This document shows positions 31,054-40,475 of a stretch of 64,000 nt of DNA, in pieces. Made by a program: the position numbers and the translations under genes. The stretch is taken from assembly GCA_965223545.1 (NCBI GenBank), contig OZ245006.1:4672001-4736000 (forward strand), given 5' to 3'. This DNA comes from Planctomycetota bacterium. Its GTDB lineage: Bacteria > Planctomycetota > UBA1135 > UBA2386. Within the stretch, counting starts at the first letter, position 1. The number at the start of each line of letters is the position of its first letter. Below the pieces are notes generated by a model that saw only the letters and a list, made by a program, of their open reading frames with translations, was not told the DNA's origin and made no database searches.

Positions 31054-32730
31054 ATGGAGGCCAACGACATGTCGATTCGAACGAGCCCGGCTGCGGCGCT
31101 GCTCGCTGCGGTGGTGTTGACGGTGCAGGCGGTGCTGCCCGCGCAGGATGGCTCCCCGGCCGCGCGGTTCGCCGAGCGCTACTGGGTCTGGGACGCCGCG
31201 CTGAAGCAGTCCTTTCAGGTGATCGCGGAGTGCGAGGCCGCGGCGGCGCCCGACACGCTCGACGACGCGTTCGCCAGTCTCGGTCCGGCAGGGCCGTGGT
31301 GGCCGGTGCCGGGCGAACTGCCGGCGACGTTGGAGACCTTCGTGGGGTTGGACTTCGACGGCGTCGCGGTCGCCCCGGGGCGATACAAGGTCTCGCTCCG
31401 ACGCGGGGGCGACGCGTGGTGGCTCGGGCTCGGCCCCGTGGGAGCCGAACCCGAGCTGGCGCTGGCCTTGCGCTCCGACGATCTCGACGCGGAGCAACCG
31501 CTCGCCCTGCAGGTCGATCAGCGGACCCCCGCGGGGTTCCGGCTGTCCCTGGCGTGGGGGTTCCAGCGCTTGTCGGCGCATGCTCGCGTCGCCTGGGGTG
31601 ACGACCGGGCCGAGGTCGCGGAGCGGCTGTCGGTCATGGGGGGCCGCACGCCGCGGTTGGTCAGCGCGGTGCGACAGGGCACCGGGGAGCGGATGGCCGT
31701 GGCGTACTCGACGGTGCCGTGGAAGCCCGAGCTCGCCGAGCCCGGTGCACTGCAGGCGGCCGCGGAGGAGACCCGCTGGCGGATCGGCAAGAACTTCTGG
31801 ACCACCATCGAGACCGACCGCGCCCTCCGCGCGGGGGCGCACTGGGCCCCCGCGGGTCGCTACTACGCCAGCGTCGACTACACCGCGGACGCGGGCTGGC
31901 AGCTGTGCCTGCACGACCCCGCCACCGTGCGCAACCGGTCGCTCGACGCCTACTGGGCCGCGGACGCGCCGGTCGATCACCGCGTGCCCCTGCGTCTCGA
32001 GAGCGGCGCGCCGTTGGTCGAGCAGCTGTCGCTTGCGCTGCGCCGGGTCAACGTCCATCCGCGTGCCGCCGCGCTGGAGATCGCTTGGGGCCCGCACCGC
32101 TTGGTTGCGGACCTGCGCTTCGAGCGCGCCGCCAACGAAACGCCGGTGGCCGGCATCAGCCACGGCTGGGCCGGCACGGAGGAGCGCGGCTCGACGCGCA
32201 TCATCTTCTTCGATCGCACGCCGCCGCCGAACTGGAACACGTCGCCCGGCCAGGTGGCCATCGAGTACGGCCGCGCCGTGTGGAAGGAGAAGTACGCCAG
32301 CCGGGTCGACCACATCCTCGAACACGGGGCGCCCGAGTTTCAGAACGGGGCCCGACGGCGGTGGCGCCTGGGCCAGAACCAGTGGACCAACCTGGACACC
32401 CGCTTCCCGCTCCGGTTCGGCGATGTCGTGATCCCGACCGGCTACTACTACCTCTTGCTGGAGGCCGGCGACGACGGTTTCCAACTGGCGTTCGTCGAAC
32501 CCGACAGTCTCGACGGCATGCTGTTCGACGCCTGGCACGCCGACCGTCGACCGATGCCGCGCGGCACCCTCGTCCCGCTCCAACACGAGCGCACCAACGA
32601 GGTCGCGGACACCCTCGACATCCGCTTCGAGCACCCAGGCGACGATCCCCGCGACGCGGTTCTGCGCATCGCTTTTGGTCCGCATCTCCTCTCCACCAAC
32701 CTCTGGTTGGAATTCGAGCCCACCCGATAG
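31054..32730 (+). CDS. Secreted protein with tandem DUF2911-like domains
   Basis: Signal peptide. Repeats VAYSTVPWK..WRIGKNFWTTIETD..PAGRY and IEYGRAVWK..WRLGQNQWTNLDT..PTGYY. Confidence 0.7.
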   Translation: MEANDMSIRTSPAAALLAAVVLTVQAVLPAQDGSPAARFAERYWVWDAALKQSFQVIAECEAAAAPDTLDDAFASLGPAGPWWPVPGELPATLETFVGLDFDGVAVAPGRYKVSLRRGGDAWWLGLGPVGAEPELALALRSDDLDAEQPLALQVDQRTPAGFRLSLAWGFQRLSAHARVAWGDDRAEVAERLSVMGGRTPRLVSAVRQGTGERMAVAYSTVPWKPELAEPGALQAAAEETRWRIGKNFWTTIETDRALRAGAHWAPAGRYYASVDYTADAGWQLCLHDPATVRNRSLDAYWAADAPVDHRVPLRLESGAPLVEQLSLALRRVNVHPRAAALEIAWGPHRLVADLRFERAANETPVAGISHGWAGTEERGSTRIIFFDRTPPPNWNTSPGQVAIEYGRAVWKEKYASRVDHILEHGAPEFQNGARRRWRLGQNQWTNLDTRFPLRFGDVVIPTGYYYLLLEAGDDGFQLAFVEPDSLDGMLFDAWHADRRPMPRGTLVPLQHERTNEVADTLDIRFEHPGDDPRDAVLRIAFGPHLLSTNLWLEFEPTR

Positions 32731-32750
32731 TACGGAGCCAGGCTCCGATT
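32729..32750. repeat. REP-like palindromic element, divergent copy C
   Basis: AGTAC-GGAGCCAGGCTCC-GATT between convergent stops; similar to copies A and B. Confidence 0.55.
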
Positions 32751-32763
32751 CATCACTCCGCCA

Positions 32764-34242
32764 CTAGCGCGCCGCGTCGATCCGCACCCACGCGCGCCGC
32801 GCGGCCTCGCGCACCGAGGGATCGGGGTCCGACAGCCGCCGTTCGAGTTGTTGCGCTGGGGTCACTGCGAGCGGCGTTCCGATGCTGTCCAGCACCGAGT
32901 CGAGCGTGATCCCGCTGAACCGCTGCATCGTGCGTGTCATCTCGATCGCGTGCAGGTCCATCGAGAAGTGTGGCATCGGCGTGGTGAAGCGGCTGAGGCT
33001 GAGTGCCGCGAGGCGCCGCACGCGCGGGTCTTCGTCGTCGAGGCAGGTGCTGACGACGACGTAGGCCGGCACGCAGCCGATCCGCGCCAACGCCCAAACC
33101 GCCGCAGCCCGCACTCCTGGATCGGGGTCGCGCACGCGCCGCACGACCTCGTAGAACGTGCGCCGCTCAGCGAGCTCGCCGAGCCGCAACAGTGCGCGTT
33201 CGCGCGCGGCCGGATCCTCGGCACCGAGCTCGGCCATCAACGACGCTTCCTCTGCGGGCGACACGGCGGGGGTGCCGCCGGCGTCGATCGTGGCGACGGC
33301 CGCGAAACCCGGCAGCAAGAGCCACAGCGCGCTGCGCGCCCACGCGTTTCGCCTCGACGTAGCCACGCGCACCGGTGTCAACAACGCGCGCACGCGGCGA
33401 TCGAGATCGTGCGCGATCGCGGGCGCCAGGCCGGGTCTGGCCCTGCGGCTGCGGCGCGCCATCGCCACCAACGCATCGGCATACGCCAGGCGGTCGGTCG
33501 GATCGCGGACCGCGCGCTCATCGGCAGCTCGTTCGCGCAAGTGCACGACCCGCCGCGCCAGCACCCAAGCCGCCGGATGAAACCACAGCACCGCGCACGC
33601 CAGGCGCACGACCACGTTGCTGACATCATCGCGGCGTGCGAGGTGCGCGAACTCGTGGCGCAACACCCAAGCCGCTTGCCGCAACGGCCAACGCCCGGCG
33701 GCCGGCGGCACCAAGACCATGGGCCGCAGCACGCCGAATGCGATCGGTGAGCGCAGACCTTCGGCGACGCGCACCGTCACCGCGGAACCGCTCGGTGCCA
33801 GCCGTGCCGCCAGCCGTCGCAGCGCGCGCGGCGCGGGCGTCGACCGCCGCCGCAGCCGTTCGAGCATCAGCAGCTGGGCCACCAGATGCGCCACGACAAG
33901 CGCGCCACCCCAGGCCCACCCCCACAGCACCCAAGGCGCCGCCCCGCTCCACCACGTCGTCGTCGGTCGCAGCTCCGTCACCGTCAGTGCGTCGGCGGCG
34001 AGCAGCTCGGCCACCGGCACCGGCTCGTGCCAGCGGGGATCGGCGAACAGCGGCAACGGCCCGGGGCCCAACAGCTCCACCATCGGTGCCAATGCCGCGA
34101 AGAAGAGGGCGGCGACGCACAGCGCGTGCCGCCATGCCGGAGCGATCCCGCCGCGCGCCGCCAGCGCATCGCAAGCGAGCGCGATCGCCAGCACCGCGGT
34201 GCCACGCACCAAGACCGCTTCGACCCAGGGATCGCCGATCAT
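32764..34242 (-). CDS. BlaR1-like M56 metallopeptidase with C-terminal HEAT repeats
   Basis: TM segments, SPIAFGVLRP, HEFAHLARRD, WFHP, E.AAD; HEAT motifs DPDPGVRAAA. Confidence 0.9.
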   Translation of the reverse strand: MIGDPWVEAVLVRGTAVLAIALACDALAARGGIAPAWRHALCVAALFFAALAPMVELLGPGPLPLFADPRWHEPVPVAELLAADALTVTELRPTTTWWSGAAPWVLWGWAWGGALVVAHLVAQLLMLERLRRRSTPAPRALRRLAARLAPSGSAVTVRVAEGLRSPIAFGVLRPMVLVPPAAGRWPLRQAAWVLRHEFAHLARRDDVSNVVVRLACAVLWFHPAAWVLARRVVHLRERAADERAVRDPTDRLAYADALVAMARRSRRARPGLAPAIAHDLDRRVRALLTPVRVATSRRNAWARSALWLLLPGFAAVATIDAGGTPAVSPAEEASLMAELGAEDPAARERALLRLGELAERRTFYEVVRRVRDPDPGVRAAAVWALARIGCVPAYVVVSTCLDDEDPRVRRLAALSLSRFTTPMPHFSMDLHAIEMTRTMQRFSGITLDSVLDSIGTPLAVTPAQQLERRLSDPDPSVREAARRAWVRIDAAR

Positions 34243-34631
34243 GACCGCCGCGCGCGCCGCGCCTGGCTGATCAACCGCTGCAGCTGATCGAGGTCCGCAT
34301 CGGACAGATCTTGGCTCTGCAGGTCGAGGAGCGTCGAGACCACGCCGGGCGCCGAGCCGTCGAAGAACGTCTCCATCACGTGGCGCAGGGCCGAGCGCTG
34401 CGCGCGATCGCGCCGCACGCGCGGCGCGTAGACGTAGCGTTTGCCGTCGCGCCGGTGCGCGACGTGTCCCTTCCGCTCGAGCACCCCCAGCGTCACCCGC
34501 ACCGAGTTGTAGCTCACGGCATCGCGCAGGCCCTCGACGACGTCCGCCACGGTTGCGGGTGCGCGGCGGTGCAGCACCGCCATGATCTGGCGCTCGCGCA
34601 TGCTCAGGTCGTGGTCGATCGGCCGTGGCAC
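34239..34631 (-). CDS. BlaI/MecI/CopY-family repressor
   Basis: LSMRERQIMAVL, SYNSVRVTLGVLERKG, FFDGS; overlaps the M56 start. Confidence 0.93.
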   Translation of the reverse strand: MPRPIDHDLSMRERQIMAVLHRRAPATVADVVEGLRDAVSYNSVRVTLGVLERKGHVAHRRDGKRYVYAPRVRRDRAQRSALRHVMETFFDGSAPGVVSTLLDLQSQDLSDADLDQLQRLISQARRARRS

Positions 34632-34642
34632 GACGCCATCAT

Positions 34643-34658
34643 TGCATAAAATCCTTCA
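34643..34658. promoter_or_regulatory. Putative BlaI autoregulatory operator
   Basis: TGCA-TAAAATCC-TTCA, 11 nt upstream of the blaI-like start. Confidence 0.55.
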
Positions 34659-34685
34659 TTTCGAGGCGCTCGACCGGCCGGGAAA

Positions 34686-35645
34686 TCAACCCGTCACCAA
34701 GGCCGCCGCCTCCGATGCGCAGCCCCACGCCAGGGTCATGCCGCAGCCGCCGTGGCCGTAGTTGTGCACCACCGTGCGTCCCGCCGCCGTCGTCCCGCGC
34801 TCGAGGCGCACGGCCGGGCGGCCAGGGCGCGCCGCGGCGGCGACGCTGACCACCCGCGCCGCGCGCAGCTCCGGCAGCATCGCCTCGCAGCGGGCGCGAA
34901 TCGAAGCGGTCATCGCCGGGTCAGCGGGTGTTTCGCGGCCGCGCTCGGCGCACCCGCCGAGCACGACGTCGCCGCTGCGCGGCACCACGTAGGTCACTCC
35001 GCCGGGGTGGTCGTCGTCGAGAACAGCGCTCTCCACCGACACGCCAGTGACCCGCACGACCTGACCCCAGAGCGGGAACATCGTGCCGTCGGCGACGAGC
35101 TCGCGCGCACCCAGCCCACTGCAGTGCACCACTACACAGCCCTCGCCGGCGAGATCCGCGGCCTCGTCCAGGGTTGTCAGCGCGCGGGTCACGCGGCGGA
35201 CCCCGGCGCCTTCCAGGCGCGTCTCGAGCGCTTCGAGGTAGGCCGGCATCTCCGCCAGCGGTGCGTCGAGCGCGAAGCCATCGACGCACCCTGCGGGGAG
35301 CGCGGCGACGGGCAGATGGAGAAACCCCTCGACCGCTCCGCACCAGCGCGGTGGCGGCGTCGGTCGGCGAAAGCCGGCGACCACCCGCGTCATCCGCACC
35401 GGCCAGTCGCCGCGGCGGGCTTGGGCCGCGTAGATCTCATAGCTCGCCGCCGCCCACGCTTCGACGCGGTCCGCCGGCTGCGCGGCGTAGGGAAACCAGA
35501 TCGCCGCCGCGACCGCCGACGTCGTCGCGGAACCGGAATCGCGCGCCACGACGGTGACCTCGACGCCGCGTTCGGCCAGCCGCAGAGCTGTGGTGAGACC
35601 GGCGATGCCGGCGCCGACGACCAGGGCGCGAACCATGACCCGCAT
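34686..35645 (-). CDS. D-amino-acid oxidase family flavoprotein
   Basis: VVGAGIAG, TSAVAAAIW, RPGR, VVHNYGHGGCGMTLAWGCA. Confidence 0.9.
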   Translation of the reverse strand: MRVMVRALVVGAGIAGLTTALRLAERGVEVTVVARDSGSATTSAVAAAIWFPYAAQPADRVEAWAAASYEIYAAQARRGDWPVRMTRVVAGFRRPTPPPRWCGAVEGFLHLPVAALPAGCVDGFALDAPLAEMPAYLEALETRLEGAGVRRVTRALTTLDEAADLAGEGCVVVHCSGLGARELVADGTMFPLWGQVVRVTGVSVESAVLDDDHPGGVTYVVPRSGDVVLGGCAERGRETPADPAMTASIRARCEAMLPELRAARVVSVAAAARPGRPAVRLERGTTAAGRTVVHNYGHGGCGMTLAWGCASEAAALVTG

Positions 35646-35697
35646 CTTTTGCTGCCGCGGCCCGCGGCGCAAGCCGTGCCGTCGGTCTGCCTGTGCG

Positions 35698-37143
35698 TCA
35701 CCGCCGCTCGAAGCGCGGTGCTCCGCCGCCATCGCCGCCCTGCGGCGGCGATCGGACGAACTCGGGAGCGAACGCGTCGGCCGGCGGCAGCAGGGGTTCG
35801 CCGCGCACGACGAAGCGCTCGTAGTCGGCGCGCGCTGCCAGGCCGTGGCGTTCGAGCAGGTCAAACAGATCGGCCTCGCCGATTGTCCCGCCCCGCGCCT
35901 CGGCGGCATCGATGAAAGCGTCGACCACGCGGTCCAACGGCGGCCCGCCGTGTGCCGCGAGCTGCCGATCCCATCGCAGCGCGAGCAACGGGCCGCGCGT
36001 GTAGTTGAGGCGTTCGTGATGATTGGTGTAGTCGCCGGCGGCCAGCGCGGCGGCAACCTCCTCGAGCGACGCGTGGCGCATCGGGTTGCGCGCCAACTCG
36101 CTCAGGTCGCGGTTGAACGCCGCCACCAGAGCGTCTTCGTCGATCAGGCCGGCAGCGCGCAGACAGACGCGCGTGCAGTACTCGACGAACCCCTCGATGA
36201 ACCAGTCGAGGCGGTACTCGTCGACGCCGTGCTCGCCCTTCCTGCGCCATTCCTCGACCGCAGCTCGTCCGGGGATCCAGTGGTGCAGTGTCTCGTGAGC
36301 GACCAGCAGCAACAGCCGATCGATCCCTGTGTCCGGGTCGACGAAGCAGGCGAAGGCGTTGTCGATGGCGACGCCGGCGCGGTACTTCGGTCGCCCGGTG
36401 ATGCAGATCGCGTAGCTGTCCAGCCCGAATGGACCGAAGCGCTCGGCCAGCATCTCGACCGCGGCGCGCACCGCGCTCCGGACGTGGGCGCGATCCTCGA
36501 ACGCGCCGGTGACCAGCACCGACACCGCCGTGCCCGCGCACTCGAACTCGGCCAGCGGTGCGCGCGCGCCGGCGACCAGGACCTCGATCTCGTCGTCGGT
36601 GCGCTCGGCGTCTAGATTGGTGAGTACCGACCAGCCGGCGGGCACGTCGGCAAACCGAAGCCGCGGGCGCTGCGCGCCCGCGCCCCCGTCCGCGACGCGG
36701 ACACGCCATTGGCCGTCGAAGAGGTGAAAGTGGTCGGCCGACACCGCGGGCCGGTAGGCCCGGTCCGGGTGCAGTGTGGGGTCCCAATCGATCTCGTAGT
36801 GCAGCGTGAGGTCCGCGCTGGGCGGGTGGCGTACGACCCGGTCGGCACCCTCACCCGCCACCAGGCTGCCGCCCTCGACGCGCAGTTCGCGCACGTGGTC
36901 GAACATCCGTGGCACGCCGTATCGGTCCTCCGGCAGCCGAATCCGGGTCTGGCCCGAGCCATGTCCCCGAAACTGCATCGAGATCGCCAGCCGCGTGCGG
37001 TCGGCAGCCGGTTCTGGCCGGAGGACGTAGGTAACGGTCTCGTGGGTGGTTGTGCCGGCTGGTTCGGTCTTGCCCGGCGCCGCGCACGCCGCCAACCAAG
37101 AGAAGGCCGTGGCCCCGAGCCCGGCGCGGGAGAGGGTTCTCAT
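35698..37143 (-). CDS. M61/M1-like gluzincin metallopeptidase, lipoprotein
   Basis: LAAC lipobox, AHETLHHW, WFIEGFVEY, YTRG. Confidence 0.82.
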   Translation of the reverse strand: MRTLSRAGLGATAFSWLAACAAPGKTEPAGTTTHETVTYVLRPEPAADRTRLAISMQFRGHGSGQTRIRLPEDRYGVPRMFDHVRELRVEGGSLVAGEGADRVVRHPPSADLTLHYEIDWDPTLHPDRAYRPAVSADHFHLFDGQWRVRVADGGAGAQRPRLRFADVPAGWSVLTNLDAERTDDEIEVLVAGARAPLAEFECAGTAVSVLVTGAFEDRAHVRSAVRAAVEMLAERFGPFGLDSYAICITGRPKYRAGVAIDNAFACFVDPDTGIDRLLLLVAHETLHHWIPGRAAVEEWRRKGEHGVDEYRLDWFIEGFVEYCTRVCLRAAGLIDEDALVAAFNRDLSELARNPMRHASLEEVAAALAAGDYTNHHERLNYTRGPLLALRWDRQLAAHGGPPLDRVVDAFIDAAEARGGTIGEADLFDLLERHGLAARADYERFVVRGEPLLPPADAFAPEFVRSPPQGGDGGGAPRFERR

Positions 37144-37374
37144 CGAACCCGTCCTTCGTGCGGACTGGGCTGCGATTGCCGAGAAGATTCGGTGGGCGGC
37201 CGGTTCGCCTAAAGGCGGCCCCCCGGGGGGTGGTCGATACCTTCGGAGAGGGCTCCGGCACGCCGCGCGCGGTTTTCCGATGGATCCGCGGCGGGGGGTC
37301 GGACAACCTCTCCGACGGGCCGTCGCGGGCACGCGCCAAGCGGCCTCCGAGCACTCAAAGAGCCGCTAGAAACC

Positions 37375-38397
37375 ATGAAACACTGCAAAGCTGAGTACAT
37401 CTGGCTCGACGGCACGCAGCCGTCGGCGCTCATGCGTTCGAAGACCAAGATCCTGGCCGACGGCGAGCAGCCGCCGGTATGGGGGTTCGACGGTTCGTCC
37501 ACGAACCAGGCGCCGGGGCGCAACTCGGACTGCGTGCTGCAGCCCGTGTGCACGATGCCGGACCCGCTGCGCGGCGCGCCGCATGTCCTCGTCCTGTGCG
37601 AAGTGCTGCTGACCGACATGACGCCGCACCCGACCAACACCCGGGCCGCTTGCCACGAGGTCGCACAGCGCTACGCCGCTGAGGAGTGTCTGTTCGGGCT
37701 GGAGCAGGAATACACCTTCATGAGCGAGTCGGGGACGCCACTGGGGTTCCCGGCCCGTGGCTATCCGGCGCCCCAGGGGCCGTATTACTGCGGTGTTGGC
37801 GGCAGTCAGATCTTCGGTCGCGACATCGTCGAGAAGCACTTGGACAGCTGCCTCGCCGCCGGCATCCAGATTTCGGGGATCAACGCCGAGGTGATGCCGG
37901 GTCAGTGGGAGTTTCAGGTCGGACCGCTCGGGCCGGTGGAAGTCGCCGATCAACTGGTGCTGGCGCGCTGGCTGCTGTGCAGGATCGCCGAGGACTTCCA
38001 CTGTGATGCGACCTTCGACCCCAAGCCGGCGAAGGGCGATTGGAACGGTGCAGGGTGCCACTCCAACTTCTCGACCAAGGCGATGCGCGGGAGCTACGAA
38101 GCGTGTGTCGCCGCGTGTGAGGCACTCGGCGCGCGCGCGCAGGAGCACGTGCGGCACTACGGTCACGGCATCGAGGATCGCTTGACCGGCCACCATGAGA
38201 CCCAACGGTGGGACACGTATTCTTACGGGGTGTCCGACCGCGGTGCGTCGGTGCGCATCCCGTGGCAGGTCGAGCGGGACGGCAAGGGCTACATCGAGGA
38301 TCGGCGGCCCAACGCCAACTGCGATCCGTACTCCGTCACCCGGTTGATCACGGAAACCGTGTGCTCGGCAGAGCGTGGTGCCCCGGTGACGGCCTGA
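37375..38397 (+). CDS. glnII: Glutamine synthetase type II
   Basis: AEYIWLDG, WGFDGSST, EQEY, QGPYYCGVG, NAEVMPGQWEFQ, DWNGAGCH, RLTGHHET, EDRRP; 340 aa. Confidence 0.95.
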   Translation: MKHCKAEYIWLDGTQPSALMRSKTKILADGEQPPVWGFDGSSTNQAPGRNSDCVLQPVCTMPDPLRGAPHVLVLCEVLLTDMTPHPTNTRAACHEVAQRYAAEECLFGLEQEYTFMSESGTPLGFPARGYPAPQGPYYCGVGGSQIFGRDIVEKHLDSCLAAGIQISGINAEVMPGQWEFQVGPLGPVEVADQLVLARWLLCRIAEDFHCDATFDPKPAKGDWNGAGCHSNFSTKAMRGSYEACVAACEALGARAQEHVRHYGHGIEDRLTGHHETQRWDTYSYGVSDRGASVRIPWQVERDGKGYIEDRRPNANCDPYSVTRLITETVCSAERGAPVTA

Positions 38398-38458
38398 CGG
38401 GTTCCTGTCGCGGAGCCTGCATCGTTCTTCGCGATGGTGGCGTGTTCCGAGAAGAATC

Positions 38459-38515
38459 TTCGCTGATAATCCGAATTTGGCGACAGGGCGTTCGTCAGAT
38501 GCGATCATCAGCGAA
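38459..38515. promoter_or_regulatory. Long imperfect inverted repeat abutting the Lrp start codon
   Basis: TTCGCTGATAATC...GATCATCAGCGAA (12/13), with an inner TTTGGCGA/TCGTCAGA stem using G-U pairs. Confidence 0.5.
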
Positions 38516-38988
38516 TGATTGATTCCGTCGACCGCAAACTCCTCGGCCTGCTGCAGGCCGATGCCCGAGTGTCCAACGCCGCCCTGGCGCGCGATCTGGG
38601 CATGGCGCCCTCGGCGGTGCACCAGCGCGTGCGCCGGCTGGAGGAGCGGGGCGTGCTGCGCGGCTACACGGCGCGGGTCGATCCCGATTCGGTCGGCCGC
38701 GGTCTGCTCGCGTTCATCCATCTGCGCACCGAGGAGGCGCTGGACGACACCGACATTCCAGAGCGCGTCGCGCAGCTCCCCGGCGTGCTCGAAGTGCACG
38801 ACATCGCCGGCGAGGACTGTTACCTGGTCAAGGTGCGAGCCGCCGACCCGGCCGCGCTGCACCGGTTGATTCGGCGCGGCTTCGGTGGTGTCCCGGGCGT
38901 TCGCTCGACCAAGACGACGATCGTGCTGAAGACCTTTGCCGAGCGCTGCGAGGTCCCCCTCGCGGCGGAGGCGGACGACCTTCGCTGA
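38515..38988 (+). CDS. Lrp/AsnC-family transcriptional regulator
   Basis: IDSVDRKLL..LQADAR, RVRRLEERGVLRGY, IAGEDCYLVKV. Confidence 0.95.
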   Translation: MIDSVDRKLLGLLQADARVSNAALARDLGMAPSAVHQRVRRLEERGVLRGYTARVDPDSVGRGLLAFIHLRTEEALDDTDIPERVAQLPGVLEVHDIAGEDCYLVKVRAADPAALHRLIRRGFGGVPGVRSTKTTIVLKTFAERCEVPLAAEADDLR

Positions 38989-39037
38989 CCTACGCCCCCT
39001 TTCTTCCCACCCTCGACTCCAGAGGCGGAGATCTCCG

Positions 39038-40423
39038 TTGTACGCCATTCCTCCCTCTCCCGCTCTCAGCGCTGCCGTGTGCTGGGTGGCGCTCTCGCTG
39101 CCGGCCACGCTGGCTGCTCAGGACAAAGCTGCCGAAGCAGCGCGGCCGTGGACGCTGATGATCTACGGCGGCTCCGACAACGACAGCGAGCGCAGCTTCT
39201 GCCCGGACATGGCCGACATGCGCGACGCTCTGGCGACCGACGAGGCCAGCGCGGTGCTGTGCTTGGCCGATCGCTCCGCCAAGTACTCCGATCGGCCCGG
39301 ACCATTCGGCGAGGACTACACCGGCATGCGGCTGTACGAGCTCACGCGCGCCGTCGCGACGCGGCTCGACGGCGGCGACCTGTTGCCGTCGGCGCGCATC
39401 GACGCCGGCGCGACGGCGGATTCCGGCGACGCCCACAACGTGCGTGGGCTGGTGCGCTACGCCAAACGCAACTACCCGGCGCAGCGCTACGCCCTTCTGT
39501 TCTACAGCCACGGAAACGGTGCACAGTGGTGTCCGGACGAGGGCGAGGGGACGGCGCTGTTCCCGGCCGAGCTGAGCGCCGTTCTGGGCGAGGACGAACG
39601 CGTCGACCTCATGGTGTTCGACGTCTGCGAGATGGCCTCGATCGAGAACGCCTACCAGTGGCGCGCGCGCCCGGGCGCGTTCTCCGCCGACGTCATGGTG
39701 GCGACGCCGATGGCGGGCGTGCCGTTTCCTTGGGCCGATATCGTCAATGCGGGTGCGCTGGCGAGTGACGATGCCGTCGAGTTCGCGCGCATCGTCGTCG
39801 CCCAGACGGAGGCGCACCGCAGGCGAGAGGCCGGCATGCAGCACAGCGCGCGGGTGCGGCAGATGATCGACCGCGAGGCGATGGTCGGCGTCGACCTGCG
39901 CCGCATCGAGCCGGTGGTCGAGGCGCTGCAGCAGGTGGCGCGAGGACTGGCCGCGGCCGAGGACGGCCGGCAGCTGCTGGCTGCGATTGCCGGCGGGGAG
40001 CCAGCCGCCGCCGTCCGCTACGGCGGCCCGCTCGTCGATGTGCTCGACCTGGGTGCGCGATTGGCGGAGCGCGGCACTGGCGCGGCCGTACGCGAGGCGG
40101 GCGCGGCGCTGGCGGCGGCGGTCGACGACGCGGTGTTCGCCAGCTACGGGATGGACGCCTACGCGGCGGGGGAGGGCTTCCGCCCCGGCGCGCACGGCCT
40201 GCAGGTCACCCTGCCGCCCCTGGACACTCCCGCCGAGCCGCTATGGCGGCGCCTGCAGTGGTATACACCCCTGCAGCGGCGGGCAAAGGGCCGCAGCTAC
40301 GGCGAGTTGGAGATCTGCGCCGCGGGCGCCACCCCCGGCGATGGCCGCGTCGACAACTGGTTCGAGCTGCTCGATGCCTGGCTGGATCCGGGCGAAGACG
40401 ACCGCAACGGCTACCGGTACTGA
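39038..40423 (+). CDS. Secreted clostripain-family (C11) cysteine peptidase
   Basis: PWTLMIYGGSDND, YALLFYSHGNG (His), FDVCEMA (Cys). TTG start after GAGGCGGAG; start uncertain. Confidence 0.82.
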   Translation: MYAIPPSPALSAAVCWVALSLPATLAAQDKAAEAARPWTLMIYGGSDNDSERSFCPDMADMRDALATDEASAVLCLADRSAKYSDRPGPFGEDYTGMRLYELTRAVATRLDGGDLLPSARIDAGATADSGDAHNVRGLVRYAKRNYPAQRYALLFYSHGNGAQWCPDEGEGTALFPAELSAVLGEDERVDLMVFDVCEMASIENAYQWRARPGAFSADVMVATPMAGVPFPWADIVNAGALASDDAVEFARIVVAQTEAHRRREAGMQHSARVRQMIDREAMVGVDLRRIEPVVEALQQVARGLAAAEDGRQLLAAIAGGEPAAAVRYGGPLVDVLDLGARLAERGTGAAVREAGAALAAAVDDAVFASYGMDAYAAGEGFRPGAHGLQVTLPPLDTPAEPLWRRLQWYTPLQRRAKGRSYGELEICAAGATPGDGRVDNWFELLDAWLDPGEDDRNGYRY

Positions 40424-40475
40424 CCGGCGTTTTCGTCGCCGCCGCGACGTGCGATGATGGCGGCCAGATTTCGTC

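Noticed and set aside
37190..37374. glnA (glutamine) riboswitch
   Set aside because: The conserved core as I recall it (GGAAGUA..GAAG) was not found.
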